Source: Amoebidium appalachense
Lineage: Eukaryota > Protista > Ichthyosporea
Reading direction: 5' to 3'
NCBI GenBank assembly: GCA_963693365.1
Contig: CAVNZM010000002.1
Coordinates: forward strand, 7,408,454 to 7,472,453
DNA: 64,000 nt
Below, one piece after another: positions 36,633-49,725 of the stretch; the stretch's first letter is position 1; every line of letters begins with the position of its first letter. Under the pieces are notes generated by a model. That model was not told the origin of the DNA, made no database searches, and saw only the letters and a program-made list of their open reading frames with translations. The position numbers and the translations under genes were made by a program.

Positions 36633-37699
36633 CCGTGTCTGTGTGTGTCCGTGGGTAGTCAAAGAGGGGGGGGGGGGGGGGGGGGGTCTCTGATATGCCC
36701 ACACATAGGATGGAGACGCTGTGAAGAGTGAGAAACTGCGAGCAGCATCAAATAGAGCAGTGCTTGCAGAGGACGTGCCGAAGACAAGGGTATAAAAGCT
36801 GTGCGCATGCACCATGTGTTGTTTCACTTCGGCGTGCAGACTTGCATGTTTGTATGCATTTTTTTGATGTACACGTGAAGGTGCCCTAAAGCAAATGCTT
36901 GCACGGGCGTCGCGATCATGTACCTTCTAAGACTCATATGTTTAACTGTGAATGTATTTGGGTGGGCAGGCGAATGGGTGCCGCGGGAGGGGGGAGGGGG
37001 GGGGGGGGGGGGGGGAAGGTTGAGTGGGTGTGGGTGGGATGGTGGAGTCTGTGTTAGTGTCAGTGTGTGTATGTGAGTATGTGTGTGTGTGTGCCTGCAG
37101 GTGTTTATGTGTGCTGGAGTGTGGATGGTGGGTATGCCTCTTCCTTCCCCTTGTCGCTCCTTGTCTCGCATAACTCCACTCTTATTTTCCGTGTGTGTTG
37201 CGTACTTCGACACTCGGAACCAGTTGGAGGCGGTTATCCGAGAGATTTGCTCTGCGCCGGAACACCGATAGCGGATAAATGACTTGAACATTTCCTGCAC
37301 TTTTTATAGGTTCCTGGCGCCATCGCCCACCTGTGTACAAAGAACGACCACGGCGCCAGCCTGGTTCTCAACGAGAAAATTTCTATCACCCTCGAACTAC
37401 TGGTGAGAACCCCGTCTGCTCTCCATTTTCCCTCACCAAAGAGAGGGAGGGAGAGGGGAAGGAGGGGGACAGGGATGGGGGGGGGGGGGGGGGGGGGGGG
37501 GGGGGAGACGAGAGGGGGAGACGAGAGGGGAGGGGAGTGATGATGAGGATGGTGTGAAGGAAAGACCTTGCACAGAAGGAACCACGCTGATATGTTTACT
37601 ACCTTCAGGTTGCGCCCAACATGCTTAAGGCGCTCAGGATAGTTGACGTTGTCAAAAGCATGCTTGACAGGGTGATCAATTTGTTCGATAAGCAGTAAG

Positions 37700-37738
<39 letters not shown>

Positions 37739-38448
37739 CTCCTCGTCCTCGTCCTCCCTGGTTACCTGCAGTCATGCTTACATCGTATCGTGAATTGTAC
37801 GATATTAGCCACACACCCCTCGCCGCTCTCCCCCTCTCCCACTCCCCCCAATCCCCCCCCCCCCCCCCCCCCGGGCCCTCCCTCCCCCCTCGCCCCCCAC
37901 CCACCCACCCACCCACCCACCCACACACACACACGTTCGCGCACATGCGCGCGCGCACGCACACACACACTACCTCCGAAACCCCCACCCCTCCATGGCT
38001 CCAGGGACACATATATCGGAGAAGAAGAGAAAAAAAGCAATAATCAAGAAACCAAGCCGAAAAGAAACAATAAGAACAAACCTGAGAATAGATGTTGACA
38101 AGAACCTCTATGCACCTGTCTGTTAATCAACTCATGCATGTGTGTATGTATACACGACTAGGTGCACACGGACAGAAGCGTGGGTAGGTGTACGGATGGA
38201 TGCACCCACCCACCCACAAACAAACCTGCACAACGACAGATTCACATCTCTCTCTCCCACTCACCGCGTCTCGCTCTCATTCGTCCCTTTTTCACCAAAA
38301 CCATGCACTGTGTTTCACCTTTCTAAAGGTTTTTGTTGTAATGCTTTCTTCACATCTTTCCACACCTTGAAGGCCTGCTTCCCTTCCTCCCCCCCCCTCC
38401 CTCCCCCCCCTCCCCCCCCCCCCCCCCCCACACACACACATACAAATA

Positions 38449-38559
<111 letters not shown>

Positions 38560-40329
38560 GCACATGCACGCGCGCACGCACACACACACACACATCTCAC
38601 TCACCGCAGGGGGTTGGGGAAGGGGGGGGGGAAGGGCGGGGAGGAGGAAACTTGCTATCTGCCATTGGCTTATGTTTTCCACCATTTTTCACTCACGGTG
38701 AAGGGTGTGCTGCACGAAAACAGGCGCCATGACAAGCGCATGTGGCCAACGTACAGTGCTGTCGTGGAAGGGGCCAGGCTGTCCACACTGCAGAAATGCG
38801 GGCTGGAGCCTTTTGTAAGGTGAGCCAGTCGGCCACAGCATTGGGCAGGTTTCTGCATGGAAAAGAGGGGTATGTGTTTTCTGCATGCTGTTTTCACACA
38901 CATTGAGGGCTATGTGTTGCCTTTTGCATCCGCACACATAGGTGTTGAGTTGATATTTGTTGAGCCTGCTTCTGGCTTGTGTTTGTTCCCGCCCTCCCTC
39001 CCCCCCGTTCCCCCTTCCCTTCACCCCTTCTGCCCTTGCAACCCCCCCTCCCCCCCCCCCCGGCCCCAATACAAGGGTGCACACACACGCATGCAAAGTA
39101 AGATGGAGAGGGGGGGGGGGGGGGGGGGGGGAAGGGAAACGGGGTGAGGGGGGGTGGGGGAGAGGGCAAAAGGTAAGGAAAACTGAGGAATGCCCGCGCC
39201 GAGGTTAGAGATCGATGGCAGGGGCTTGCTGTTGATGCTACTACATAAGTTAACGTTGCGACATATCACTGCACTCCTTAACTCTCGGCGATAACGCATG
39301 ATACAGTACGCTTCGTTCGAGCTACAATACAGTACTACAACCGTGCTATAGCGTGCTATGTAGCAAGTATGTATGAGCCACCGAGGCTCACACGAACACG
39401 AACTATCATGTAAAGGGGTGGGGTTAACCGTTCTAGCTAGAGTTATCATGGAGTTTTGCGAAAAACGCCGAAGAATACTTCATTTCTAATATTTTCCCCC
39501 GTAATATAGCTACATATTAGCCTTGGAGAGCTTGGCGTCATTACACAGAAATACGAATCTTGTCTCCCAGACCCGGAGGCTGGGTGTTGTAGCTGACTGA
39601 GTCGCATCGCGTGGGCCTAAATCTAAATCTAATTTCTAGATTGTTAAATTTTGTGCTGACCTTTTTAATCGCAAGCATGTTGATAGGTGTGAATTTTTAT
39701 GTCGCGTTTTACCTCTTTCCCTCCGGGTATCTGCTACACTAGCTGGCAATGTGAACACTTTAGACTTTTTGTTGAATTCTGTTGGTCGTCACATTGAGTA
39801 TTTATATGATTTTCACACAGTGTTCAGGTATCTCAGTATGCACTTGTTACTGGATAACTCGTGAAGTTTTTATTGTCTTCTCAGTATGCCGTGCATACTT
39901 GTCATATCTTTCCGTCGAATAAATCCAGTCAAAAGAAAAAAATTACGTAGAAAACGTCCGCAATCCGATCGATCTGTTAAATGTCTAAAGTATGCATAAA
40001 ATCTCGATTGATTTCGACCCTCTTGCAGATGGGCGAATCTGGAAGACAGGGGGGGGGGGGTTCTTCTAGATGTCTGGGATGAGACGATTGGTCCTTAGAA
40101 CTCGCCTAAATATCTCTTATCCAATAGAATTGCGATCTATGATCTAGATAATTCAGTTTCTAAACTGCTCTACGCGAATCGAGCAGACTTTTAGATATTT
40201 AGAGAATGACATTGGTTCTCTAAATTCGCCGAGTATTTAGATATTTAGATCCACGCGATGCGACTCACTCGCAGCCGTGACCGCGACAGTTGCTTTTTGT
40301 TTTGCCCTCCTCCTGGAAAATCCAGGGGT

Positions 40330-40366
40330 TAACCAATCAGATCGGGCCTAAGATTGGTATATAAAC
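40330..40366 (+). promoter_or_regulatory. CCAAT plus TATA promoter candidate upstream of the bZIP gene
   Basis: ccaatc ~40333, attgg ~40352, ggtatataaac ~40356-40365; further CCAAT/ATTGG at ~40087, 40121, 40211. Confidence 0.45.
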
Positions 40367-40943
40367 TCGTGAGGCCGCCTCGAGCTCGGTGTCACTTCTG
40401 TCAGACTGTCGGCCGTTGCACACAAAAAAAGGACGTTCAAGACGGACGATGACATAGCCACTTTCGCGAGTGTTAGGAGTGTGTGCCCGTCTTTTTTTTT
40501 TTCCTTTTTCTTTTTTTAAACCCCTTCTCACGCCAACTGAAGATAATACGCATACTATAGCATTTATTAATGGTGAAGGCAATTTTTCGGTAGTATATAC
40601 CACGCACTGTGCAATGCAAACACACGTCTCGAGGGTGAGCTGATAGGTCATACAATCCCAGCCCAGCCTGTCTTCCACATACATATTTTTTGCAGTTTTT
40701 ACCTTCCACATAGCACTTGATAAGTTGAAAGATCCCGGACCTGGGTAGCATGTAGTGCGCACTACACATTTTCAAATAGTATCCTTTCCGCTTGCCACTC
40801 AAGTCAGCATGAATAGAGACACACGGATTCAGAGCAGCAGGAAACGAATAAAAGCAACCTAGCTGGAGAAGCACGCTTTTACATAGGCTGTGTTAACACT
40901 GTTAAATTTATGTCCACCTTATACTACTATTACTGTTACCAAA

Positions 40944-42603
40944 ATGGCCGTGATACCGATACAAACACGTGCCCATGGCCACAATGGCGACATGTGCAAC
41001 CACATCACCTCCACACACCAATTCAACGCTAGTACCTGCACACGGCTCTTTGAGCACATACCAAACGCCATTAATGCCTCCAAAGGCTCCCTCTTTTTCA
41101 ACATGATTACACCCGGGATGTCCCCCTCGACGTCCTTCACAACACCAACGGCATACCCACTGCAAACTACTTGCAATCTTCCGTTCGTTCTCGCGCAAAA
41201 CGCCATAGAACCACAGTGGCATCCGACTGGAAACAATGTTGAACTCTCCCAACCAGCCATATCTTACGACACAATTGCAAATTCTGACCTTGGCAATGTT
41301 ATGAACGTGTATCTGGGGGCAAGCATGCAACCAGAAACCCATGGGCCCAATAGACATGATGTCACAACTACCAGCTTCATGCAAACCACCTGCCCAATTC
41401 AAAGCGCAAGAGCCCAGGCATGCACAGATATTCAAAATACGGACACGTTTACCATCACAGGGAGAAGCTGTAACAAAACGCCGTTGATCTTGTCCACACA
41501 CGTGGAAGGTGTGCATGGGCTCCGGGCAGCGAACTCGAACATAAGCTGCAGCCCAACAACAGAATTAGTCTCCCTTAGCGGTTCAGCTGGAAAATCGCAA
41601 AAACATGCAAACGGAGAAAAGGGCGGGCCTAGTTCACAAATGAAAAAAAGAGCAAGAATATCAAGAAAAGTAACGGAAAATACCATACAAGGAGAGATTA
41701 TGGAGAACGGAAACATAAATTCGGTTATCTTGGGCGATATGAATACAGTTTCCAATCGTGATTCGCGAAATAACTCTCCAAATATCGATATCAATGATGG
41801 CACACTACAGTTTGAAAGCCTGCCCCCTTTGCCCAGTCCGGACACTATTCAGTTTGACACTTTGGTGGGGGTTGATATGAATATTTTTTCTCGTTTTTGT
41901 GCAAATTCGGGTGTCAACGACCCTATTCACAACAACACAAATACCGAAAACACTTCACCTTGCCCTATTCACAACAACACAAATACCGAAAACACTTCAC
42001 CTTGGGATAATGTGAGCGCAATTTCAATGTCGACCACAGTGTCACAAACGGAGGGGAACGAGGGTGCGGGTGTAGGGAGAAGAGGAGGTGGGGAGCAGGT
42101 AGAAGGGAGTTACCGGAACAGAAAGAGACGGTATGTGCCCAGGACAGACGAGCAGAAAATGTGAGTGCCCTCCTTCTGTTTTGTTTTGTTTCGAATTCTT
42201 TTTTGTGTTTCCCCTCCTCCAGACTACTTGATAGTGTGACCCATACCCCCCTCCCCCACCTGACCCCCCCACCCCCCACCCCCTCCCCCCCCTCCCCCCC
42301 CCCCCCCCCCCCCCCCCCACGAAAAAAAAAAACAAAAAAACCCCCCACAAAAACGACAACATAAAAAATACATTTTCTGATTTTTACCTTGTATAATAAT
42401 GTCTTGTCCGACACCGTCGTCTTCAGGTCTCCCCCCCCCCCACCCCGGACCAATTTTCACCCCGTGCAGCTCACCTTTCATATGTCCCCAAACCCAGGCC
42501 TACATATTTGTGTTCTTGAGATCAGCAACTCGCATCCAACCTATCCATATGCACACAGTAACCGTTGCTTGTGTCAGATTCTCTTCAAGTTCCTAATCAG
42601 TGC

Positions 42604-42654
<51 letters not shown>

Positions 42655-42671
42655 ACCCCCCACCCCGGGCC

Positions 42672-42703
<32 letters not shown>

Positions 42704-43612
42704 ATCTCTCCACATGTGCCCTAGTGGGTGTGCAATGCACAGAATCTTTTCGTTTTCAGAAGTTTGTGGAAGTTCTGCGCATGATATAATAATCTCCCCT
42801 GTAACTTTTACAGATTTGGTTACCCTCCCTCCCCCCACCTCCCTCCCCCCCCCTCCCCCCGCTCCCCCTTCCCCCCCCCCTCCCCCCTCAACCACCAACC
42901 CCACCCCCCACCACTCCACCCCATCGTGACCCCACCCCTTCCTCACTCTGCCTGCCCATTTTCTCGATTCATTCGAAACTTCTGAACTCCTACACGGCCT
43001 GTTCCCCCTCTTCCCCCCCCCCCCCCCCCTCCCCTTCCCCCCTCCCCCTCTCTTCCCCCCCCCCCCCCCCAACTGTGAGTCCCACAACCACACCCTCACA
43101 TCCCCCCCCCCCCCCCCCCTTATCCCTCCCCCCCACCCCCCCTTCCCCCCCTTCCCCCTTCATTTCACTCTACTCCTCCCTTCGGTCCTTTTGCACACAT
43201 ACACACACAGACACACACACCCTCCCCCTGGGCTCGCCTGCCGGGTCCTCCCACTCTACCACCATCCCCTTTCCCCTCGGTTTGCCCCCTCCCCCTCCCC
43301 CCCCCCTCCCCCCTCCCCCCCACCCCCCCAAACACACAAACACTGTCCTCCTCCACCCTTGCTTCGCCCGTGGCCTATTTTTCATTTTTTGCCTACACCA
43401 CATTCTCCATAACATCCCCTCACCCACGCCCACGTGCACACACATACAGACTCAACAAGATCAACCAGAAGAAGCACCGTGCTAAAAAGAAACAGGAGGA
43501 GGATGATAGGAGGACCGAATATGCAGCTATCAAAGAGGAAAACACAAGTCTCCGGGAGGAAAATACGCGGCTTAGAGAAATGCTGCTGAAATTTGATCCC
43601 GGGTTTGCCTGA
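40944..43612 (+). CDS. bZIP transcription factor-like protein with a long low-complexity N-terminus, 2 coding exons
   Basis: Exon 40944-42160 (donor gtgagt) joined in phase 2 to exon 43450-43612 gives RKRRYVPRTDEQKILNKINQKKHRAKKKQEEDDRRTEYAAIKEENTSLREENTRLREMLL, an N-x7-R basic region followed by a heptad zipper. Start codon uncertain. Confidence 0.8.
41921..42004 (+). repeat. In-frame 42-bp tandem duplication (PIHNNTNTENTSP x2)
   Basis: Two consecutive identical copies in bZIP exon 1. Confidence 0.9.
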
Positions 43613-43796
43613 TAATACCGTACTATTACAATAATTAGCCTATATCATATCAGTGAGTTTTTTTTTGTGTGTTGGTAATTGCGTGTAGATGTGCACATGG
43701 AATTGGCGAGACTGTATTTTATTATAAGGGCTGGGACGGAAGGGTGTTGCTACAGGATGTACTTGAACGGGTGAATACGGATTTGTATGGGTGCCC

Positions 43797-43829
<33 letters not shown>

Positions 43830-45262
43830 GAGGGGAGGGGGGGGGGGGGGGGGGGGTCACACAGACCAATATGGGGACAAGGGCAGGTCCGGGGATTCGC
43901 AACAAATTGAACTAAGAGTAGGTAGTGGTGGGATTCCGAAGTAAGAGAAGTCTGGATAAAGGGTGAAGGGACGAAGGGTAAGCGAGGGATTTTTTATTTT
44001 TTTGAAGGGGAGGGGGGGGGGGGGGGGGGGGGTTATACGTATACTGTATGCCACAATGTTACTAATAGAATCCGTGGGACATACTACTAGTGTATCATCA
44101 CTATTATAGTATAAATATACATTTTGCTTTGCATATCATGATACATATGTGCGATGTACGGCTATTATTGGTTCAAAGCCTGACAGTCACATGATACAAA
44201 AATGTACATTATCTATCAGCATATTCGTATCATAGGCTGCCAGGTAAAGCCATATAGATCCGATAATTAAAGGTTCAATTTCACGACCAGCTGCCTCTGC
44301 CGTTTGACTCCATCAGTCTGAAGTCTTAAAACACCGTTTGATTAGCTTCCGTATTGTTTAAGTTCAATAAACATGGCAAAAACATTCATTGAAGTCCACT
44401 CGAACATTTTAGTTTGCCTGCCACCCCCCAAGACTTAAGGGTGGGCAAAAGCAAATGGTCGTTTACGTAAGTTGGCGCTACACAAACGGACCCATTCGCA
44501 TCCCCCCCCCCCCCCCCCCCCCCCCCCCGCAGCCACAGATGCACACACGCACGCTCACGCAACACGCACGCGTAAGGACACACACACAAATGCAGGCACA
44601 CACATAGCCCTCTTTCCCCTCCGTGCAGCATCAACAGCTCAACAGCGACTGTCTCCAGGCTCTATTGTAACTGTGATAAAATGGCCCATTGCTGGCATGT
44701 TTCATTATATCAATTTGTGTTCGGTATTACTTTAACAAATGTTGGGCCTTGCAAGGCATGCAGAAGGTGACGTCATACCGACTTACACACCAGACTGGAA
44801 CACGAACGTTAACGCCCCATCTCCCCCCCCCCCCCCCCCTCTCCGGGGAGCAAAAAAAAGGTTTTAAAAGCCAGCACACATACACACGGACACTGGCATG
44901 GACGGTGCATGCACACACACAATCACCATTCAACCAGGAAACCGGTTTCCCCAACCCCCCCCCCCCCCCCCTCCCCCTCCCCCCCCCTGTTGGAGTGCAG
45001 ACTTACGCTCACTCCACAATATGTGTATGTTAGCTTTACAATTGGTTCCGTGTACACAGACACACGCTGACACTCGATCACCACATGCACATCTGCATAG
45101 TTGAGGAATGTTGCCAATTGTGTTTTGACTGCAAACGATTGGTTCACTGGTCCCAGAGATCTCTAAATGAAAGTAACCAATCCGATTAGCGCCTGGCATC
45201 CGGATTACATTCCAGACTGCTGCCCCACGGGTATATAAACCACGGCTCTGCCAGGTGCAGAA

Positions 45263-45400
45263 ATGGAGTTCAGTCATGGAGTTCAGTCATGGAGTTCAGT
45301 CATGGAGTTCAGACATGGAGTTCAGACATGGAGTTCAGACATGGAGTTCAGTCATGGAGTTCAGTCATGGAGTTCAGTCATGGAGTTCAGTCATGGAGTT
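45263..45400 (+). repeat. 13-bp tandem array ATGGAGTTCAG(T/A)C x10 plus a partial unit in the 5' LTR
   Basis: Variant order 3xT, 3xA, 4xT; starts ~30 nt after ggtatataaacc. Confidence 0.95.
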
Positions 45401-45977
45401 AACACACTGAAAGCAGTAAAAAACGGGTCAGCGCCCAAGCGCGCCACGACGACCCTAGTCACAGCGGACTCTACTTCCAACAGGGTTATGGGCCCAGACA
45501 CGACACCGCGGCCTCTAACTTCATTAGAGACTTTCGCTTCCACAAACTCCATCCGCAGCAGCCTGCGACATCAACGTCAAGTATTCCACTTCATTGGCGG
45601 GGCACGCACCACAGTGGAATGCACACCCCGGTCTACCCTGCAAGCAGCCACACTCACTCTCTCTTCTCTAGTGGTGTGTACACTTCTCCAATTGGGTAGG
45701 GGTGTTGGAGTGCAGACTTACGCTCACTCCACAATATGTGTATGTTAGCTTTACAATTGGTTCCGTGTACACAGACACACGCTGACACTCGATCACCACA
45801 TGCACATCTGCATAGTTGAGGAATGTTGCCAATTGTGTTTTGACTGCAAACGATTGGTTCACTGGTCCCAGAGATCTCTAAATGAAAGTAACCAATCCGA
45901 TTAGCGCCTGGCATCCGGATTACATTCCAGACTGCTGCCCCACGGGTATATAAACCACGGCTCTGCCAGGTGCAGAA

Positions 45978-46115
45978 ATGGAGTTCAGTCATGGAGTTCA
46001 GTCATGGAGTTCAGTCATGGAGTTCAGACATGGAGTTCAGACATGGAGTTCAGACATGGAGTTCAGTCATGGAGTTCAGTCATGGAGTTCAGTCATGGAG
46101 TTCAGTCATGGAGTT
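45978..46115 (+). repeat. Same 13-bp tandem array in the 3' LTR
   Basis: Same copy number and variant order as in the 5' LTR. Confidence 0.95.
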
Positions 46116-46251
46116 AACACACTGAAAGCAGTAAAAAACGGGTCAGCGCCCAAGCGCGCCACGACGACCCTAGTCACAGCGGACTCTACTTCCAACACCC
46201 CCCCCCCCCCACACACACACACACACAAAAAAGTAAAACCACGCACACTGG

Positions 46252-46303
<52 letters not shown>

Positions 46304-47131
46304 ACACACGTACAGACATTCACGTCCACAAACAAACAAACAAACAAACAACTTGAACTGTTAGTCAAATCGACGACGTCCGAAGAAATAGGTTCCGTAA
46401 TTGTTTACAGTGAGTGCCTTGGCCTGTACACGATGGCACTTGCACATACAATTTCAGGTATCACAGATCGTTGTTCAGGCAGGCGTACTTAAGAAAGCGG
46501 GAGAGTCTTCAAAAAAAAGGCAACATGGGAATATACATCAATTTATCAAAGTCACAAAGAATTTGGGTAAGATCTGTGTACAAAAAGGCCGAAAATATAA
46601 CCCAAAAAGCAATATAAAAAGATGTACAGGTCATGTCATTTAAGAAACGATATTAAAGGAGTAGCAAGTATGTTACAGAAGTCGATTCATCGCTCACTGT
46701 TTAAGTTTTGCGTCGAAAATAATAGGGGAGAAAAACGTCAAAGAGGGGATAAACAGCGATCCATCGAGAAGCTCGTTAAAAAAAAGGCCAATTCAGAGTA
46801 ACCTTTTTGGAACTGATGCACCACACATTCACATGACTTTTTGCGTCTTTCCATACCAAAAGAGAAAAATAAACAACAAGATTATAATAATATATACAAG
46901 AATATAGAATAATACCGTAGTATAAGAATAATATAGGTTTTATTTGTGGAAATTATTGACATAAATATTTTTCTGGGTAAACACGTAGGATGGGTGTCCG
47001 ATATCAACAGGCTTCGTTTCATGTTTTAGCAGTTCGCGTTCACAACACATCCTCTGTGTTTAGCACCTACAGCTTTACAGCTATATTTTCTTTTTCATTT
47101 CTTCTCCCTATCTTTCCCTACGCCGGTCAGC

Positions 47132-47684
47132 ATGCCGCCGAAAAAGCGCCAGGCCTCAGCCGCCGCCCCTACCGCGGCACCTAAGCGCCTGACCCGCAGC
47201 GACCTCCGCCACAGGCTGACCAACGCATCACTCGCCTCAGCACCCGATACCCGTGGGCCCAGATCCACAACTATGACGTATACGCCCGAACCACCAACAG
47301 GGTCGGGCTCCGATCGAGTGTCCCAACCTGCTCGCCCAACTCCACCAGGATCTCCTCCTGCCACCCACTCTGCTCATCCCGGACGCATGTCAGCGTTGCG
47401 GCTTCCCCGACCACCCCAGCGCGGCCTGCCCCATGTACCCCAAGCCCGGCTGTGGTCTTGATGGTTTCGAGCCCCCCCACAAGCCCGGCGGGGGACAAAC
47501 CCCCAACCGACCCGGCCCGCAACCCGGCCCGGCACCACCGGCCCGACCCGTGGATCTACCCGCAACACACTGCAGGAATTTCCACAACGGTCGGTCCTGC
47601 GCTAAGCAGCCCTGCCCCTTCTCCCACGTGTGCCCGCTCTGCTCTGGCACACACCCCCGCAAAGACTGCAAGCACAATGCCTAG
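47132..47684 (+). pseudogene. gag-like ORF remnant of the YR retroelement with Cys/His zinc fingers
   Basis: Begins MPPKKRQ; after a frame change encodes CRNFHNGRSCAKQPCPFSHVCPLCSGTHPRKDC, resembling the CCCH-containing ORF1 of Ngaro-like elements. Confidence 0.7.
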
Positions 47685-48061
47685 TCTACGCGCACACCCA
47701 CACCCACAGATAGAACATAGGGGCTAGGAGCTAGGTTACACGGGTCCAAGGACACGGAGCTCGGGAAAAACGGGGCACTAGGGCTGAGTAACATTTTTCG
47801 CAGGCCAACTACGGCGCCCGCGCGCGCCAAGAATAAATGTCCCTACACAAAGACGTTATTCTGGCCACTGCACATAAATTTACTCCCCCCCATCCCACGA
47901 GCCTCCCCCCCTTACACTCACCTAGCGCTCCCTCCCTTCTTCTAACTCTGTGTACGCCCACACCCGCGCGTGCTCGGGCATCCCCTGCACAGGGCCCCGC
48001 TGCCCTCCCTGCAAACCCTCCCTCGGGCCCAGCTGCCCTACTCTAACCCCCCGGGGCCCTG

Positions 48062-48099
<38 letters not shown>

Positions 48100-48429
48100 A
48101 TGCCGGGATCTCCCCGAGGGGGGTGCCCCACCCTTGCTAACCACCCCTTCCCCCGAGGCTCAGCCCCGGTGGCCCGCCCGCTGCCCCAGCACCACGTTGA
48201 CACCTCCCGCCTCCGGGAGCTGCTGGCCCCCCCTACCCAGCCCAATCATTCGCCGCGCAGCTCCTCCGTAACCAACTTCCCCGGACCCGACGACTCCGAC
48301 CTTACCTGCAACCGGAGCCCTGCCCCTTCCCCTTCTGGGTCCACAAGTTCCTATCCCTTCCCCTGGGCTCACCCCCCCCCCCCCCCCCCCCCCCCCAGAT
48401 CTCCCCTTCCGGAGCAACGCTGGCCGATT

Positions 48430-49353
48430 GGCCCCCCACTTTGCTCCGGCCGAGCTGCTTCGTGCCACCACTACCCTGCAGGAATGCCAGTCCCTGAGTC
48501 TCAACCTCGACTCTCGGGCCTTTTACTCCAGGGTACAAAAAAGTGTTCATCGATTTTTGTGTGGCATCTCGGCTGCAATCCTCCGCCGGGTCCTCCCTCC
48601 CGGCCTCCCCCCACACCATGCAGCTTTTTCTCGCCTGGTGTGCCCAACGAGGGGTACAGGCCTCTTCCTTGGGCGGCTACAATTCAGCCATCACCAGACT
48701 CCACCTCGACATGGGCCTCCCTGCTCCCTACCCCCACGACAAGTCTCTGGCCTGGTTCTTCCGAGGGGTGGGCAGATGACAGCTTTCTCACAACATCCGA
48801 CCCCGATCATCCACCAGGGAGCCCCTCCTGCCCTCCCACCTTAGCCTACTCCATGGCCAGTGCCCCACCAAGGCCTCCTCGGCTAATCTACGGCTATGGA
48901 CGGCCCTCATCGTCGGTTTCTGTGGTCTCCTCCGTTCGGGGGAATTTACCTCCAAAACCCTGACTTCCTTTGACCCGTCCCGTCACGTTAAACGGAAAGA
49001 CGTGACCTTCACCTACACCCCCACCGCCCATCTCCTCCGGCAGTTCCTGGATACAACGTCCGGTCAACCCAACGACCCCCTCTTCAGTCTCGGTGGCATC
49101 CCCTACACCAAGAGTGCTTTCTCTGCCGACTTCCGTGCCCTCCTCTCCCGGGCAGGCCTCTCACCCTCCCGGTTTGCCGGACACAGCCTCCGCATCGGGG
49201 GGGGCCACAGCACTGGCTGAGGCCGGGGTCGACGACTCCCGGATCAAACAACTCGGCAGGTGGTCCTCCGACTGTTTCCTGATCTATACCCGACTTCGTC
49301 CGGCCTCCATTGCTGCCACTACCACACGTGTATTCGCCTCTATTCTTAAGTGA
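48430..49353 (+). pseudogene. Tyrosine recombinase remnant (frameshifted, internally deleted)
   Basis: N-terminal core-binding-like segment (MQLFLAWCAQRGVQASSLGGYNSAITRLH), box I GFCGLLRSGEF, box II FAGHSLRIGG-ATALAEAGV..IKQLGRWSSDCFLIY. The catalytic-Lys (KTD) beta region is missing. Frameshifts at ~48540, ~48780-48840 and ~49200. Confidence 0.88.
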
Positions 49354-49639
49354 AACCTTTGGAGCAAGCATACTGCTCTCGTGCCGTGGTTTACAACCAT
49401 TGCAGGTTCACTTTCGTCCAAGGGGATGTCCCCCTAGAGGCAACACACGTCCCGGAGTAGTTTTCATAGAGGTTTTATTTGTGGAAATTATTGACATAAA
49501 TATTTTTCTGGGTAAACACGTAGGATGGGTGTCCGATATCAACAGGCTTCGTTTCATGTTTTAGCAGTTCGCGTTCGGCTGCCCGCATACGGGCACCTAT
49601 TAGCCGATCAAAACATCAGATTCCACAGATCACTAGACC

Positions 49640-49725
49640 GAGTTTGATTGGCTCAGGATAAGATTTCACATAACACTAGATCGGTTTTGATTGGCTCAGT
49701 TCGGCAGCCTTAGGTATATAAGCAC
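49640..49725 (+). promoter_or_regulatory. Promoter-like segment in repeat A2 (two ttgattggctcag boxes plus TATA)
   Basis: tttgattggctcag at ~49643 and ~49686; ggtatataag at 49713-49722. Confidence 0.6.

Larger units (their letters stand above)
44988..46197 (+). mobile_element. Non-autonomous miniature LTR retrotransposon (TRIM-like), Ty1/copia (Hemivirus-type) priming
   Basis: Two apparently identical 495-bp LTRs (44988-45482, 45703-46197) with TGTTGGA...TCCAACA termini; PBS GGTTATGGGCCCAG at 45484-45497; purine tract gggtagggg immediately before the 3' LTR; 220-bp internal region with no recognisable gag/pol; poly(C) on both flanks. Confidence 0.93.

Noticed and set aside
45263-46115. 13-bp arrays as a CRISPR array
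   Set aside because: Units are directly adjacent with no unique spacers, sit inside LTRs in a eukaryotic context, and no cas genes are present
44988-46197. Retrozyme (hammerhead-containing LTR element)
   Set aside because: Size and layout fit, but I found no CUGANGA...GAAA core on either strand of the LTR or internal region
47950-48963. 337-aa Pro-rich ORF as an intact gene
   Set aside because: Lies within the decayed YR element, crosses poly(C) expansions and overlaps the YR in another frame; at most contains a short remnant of the pol N-terminus
49382-49470. Hammerhead ribozyme in repeat B (minus-strand GGACGAAA)
   Set aside because: No upstream CUGANGA box and no proper stem II partner; an Infernal search would be needed to exclude variant ribozymes
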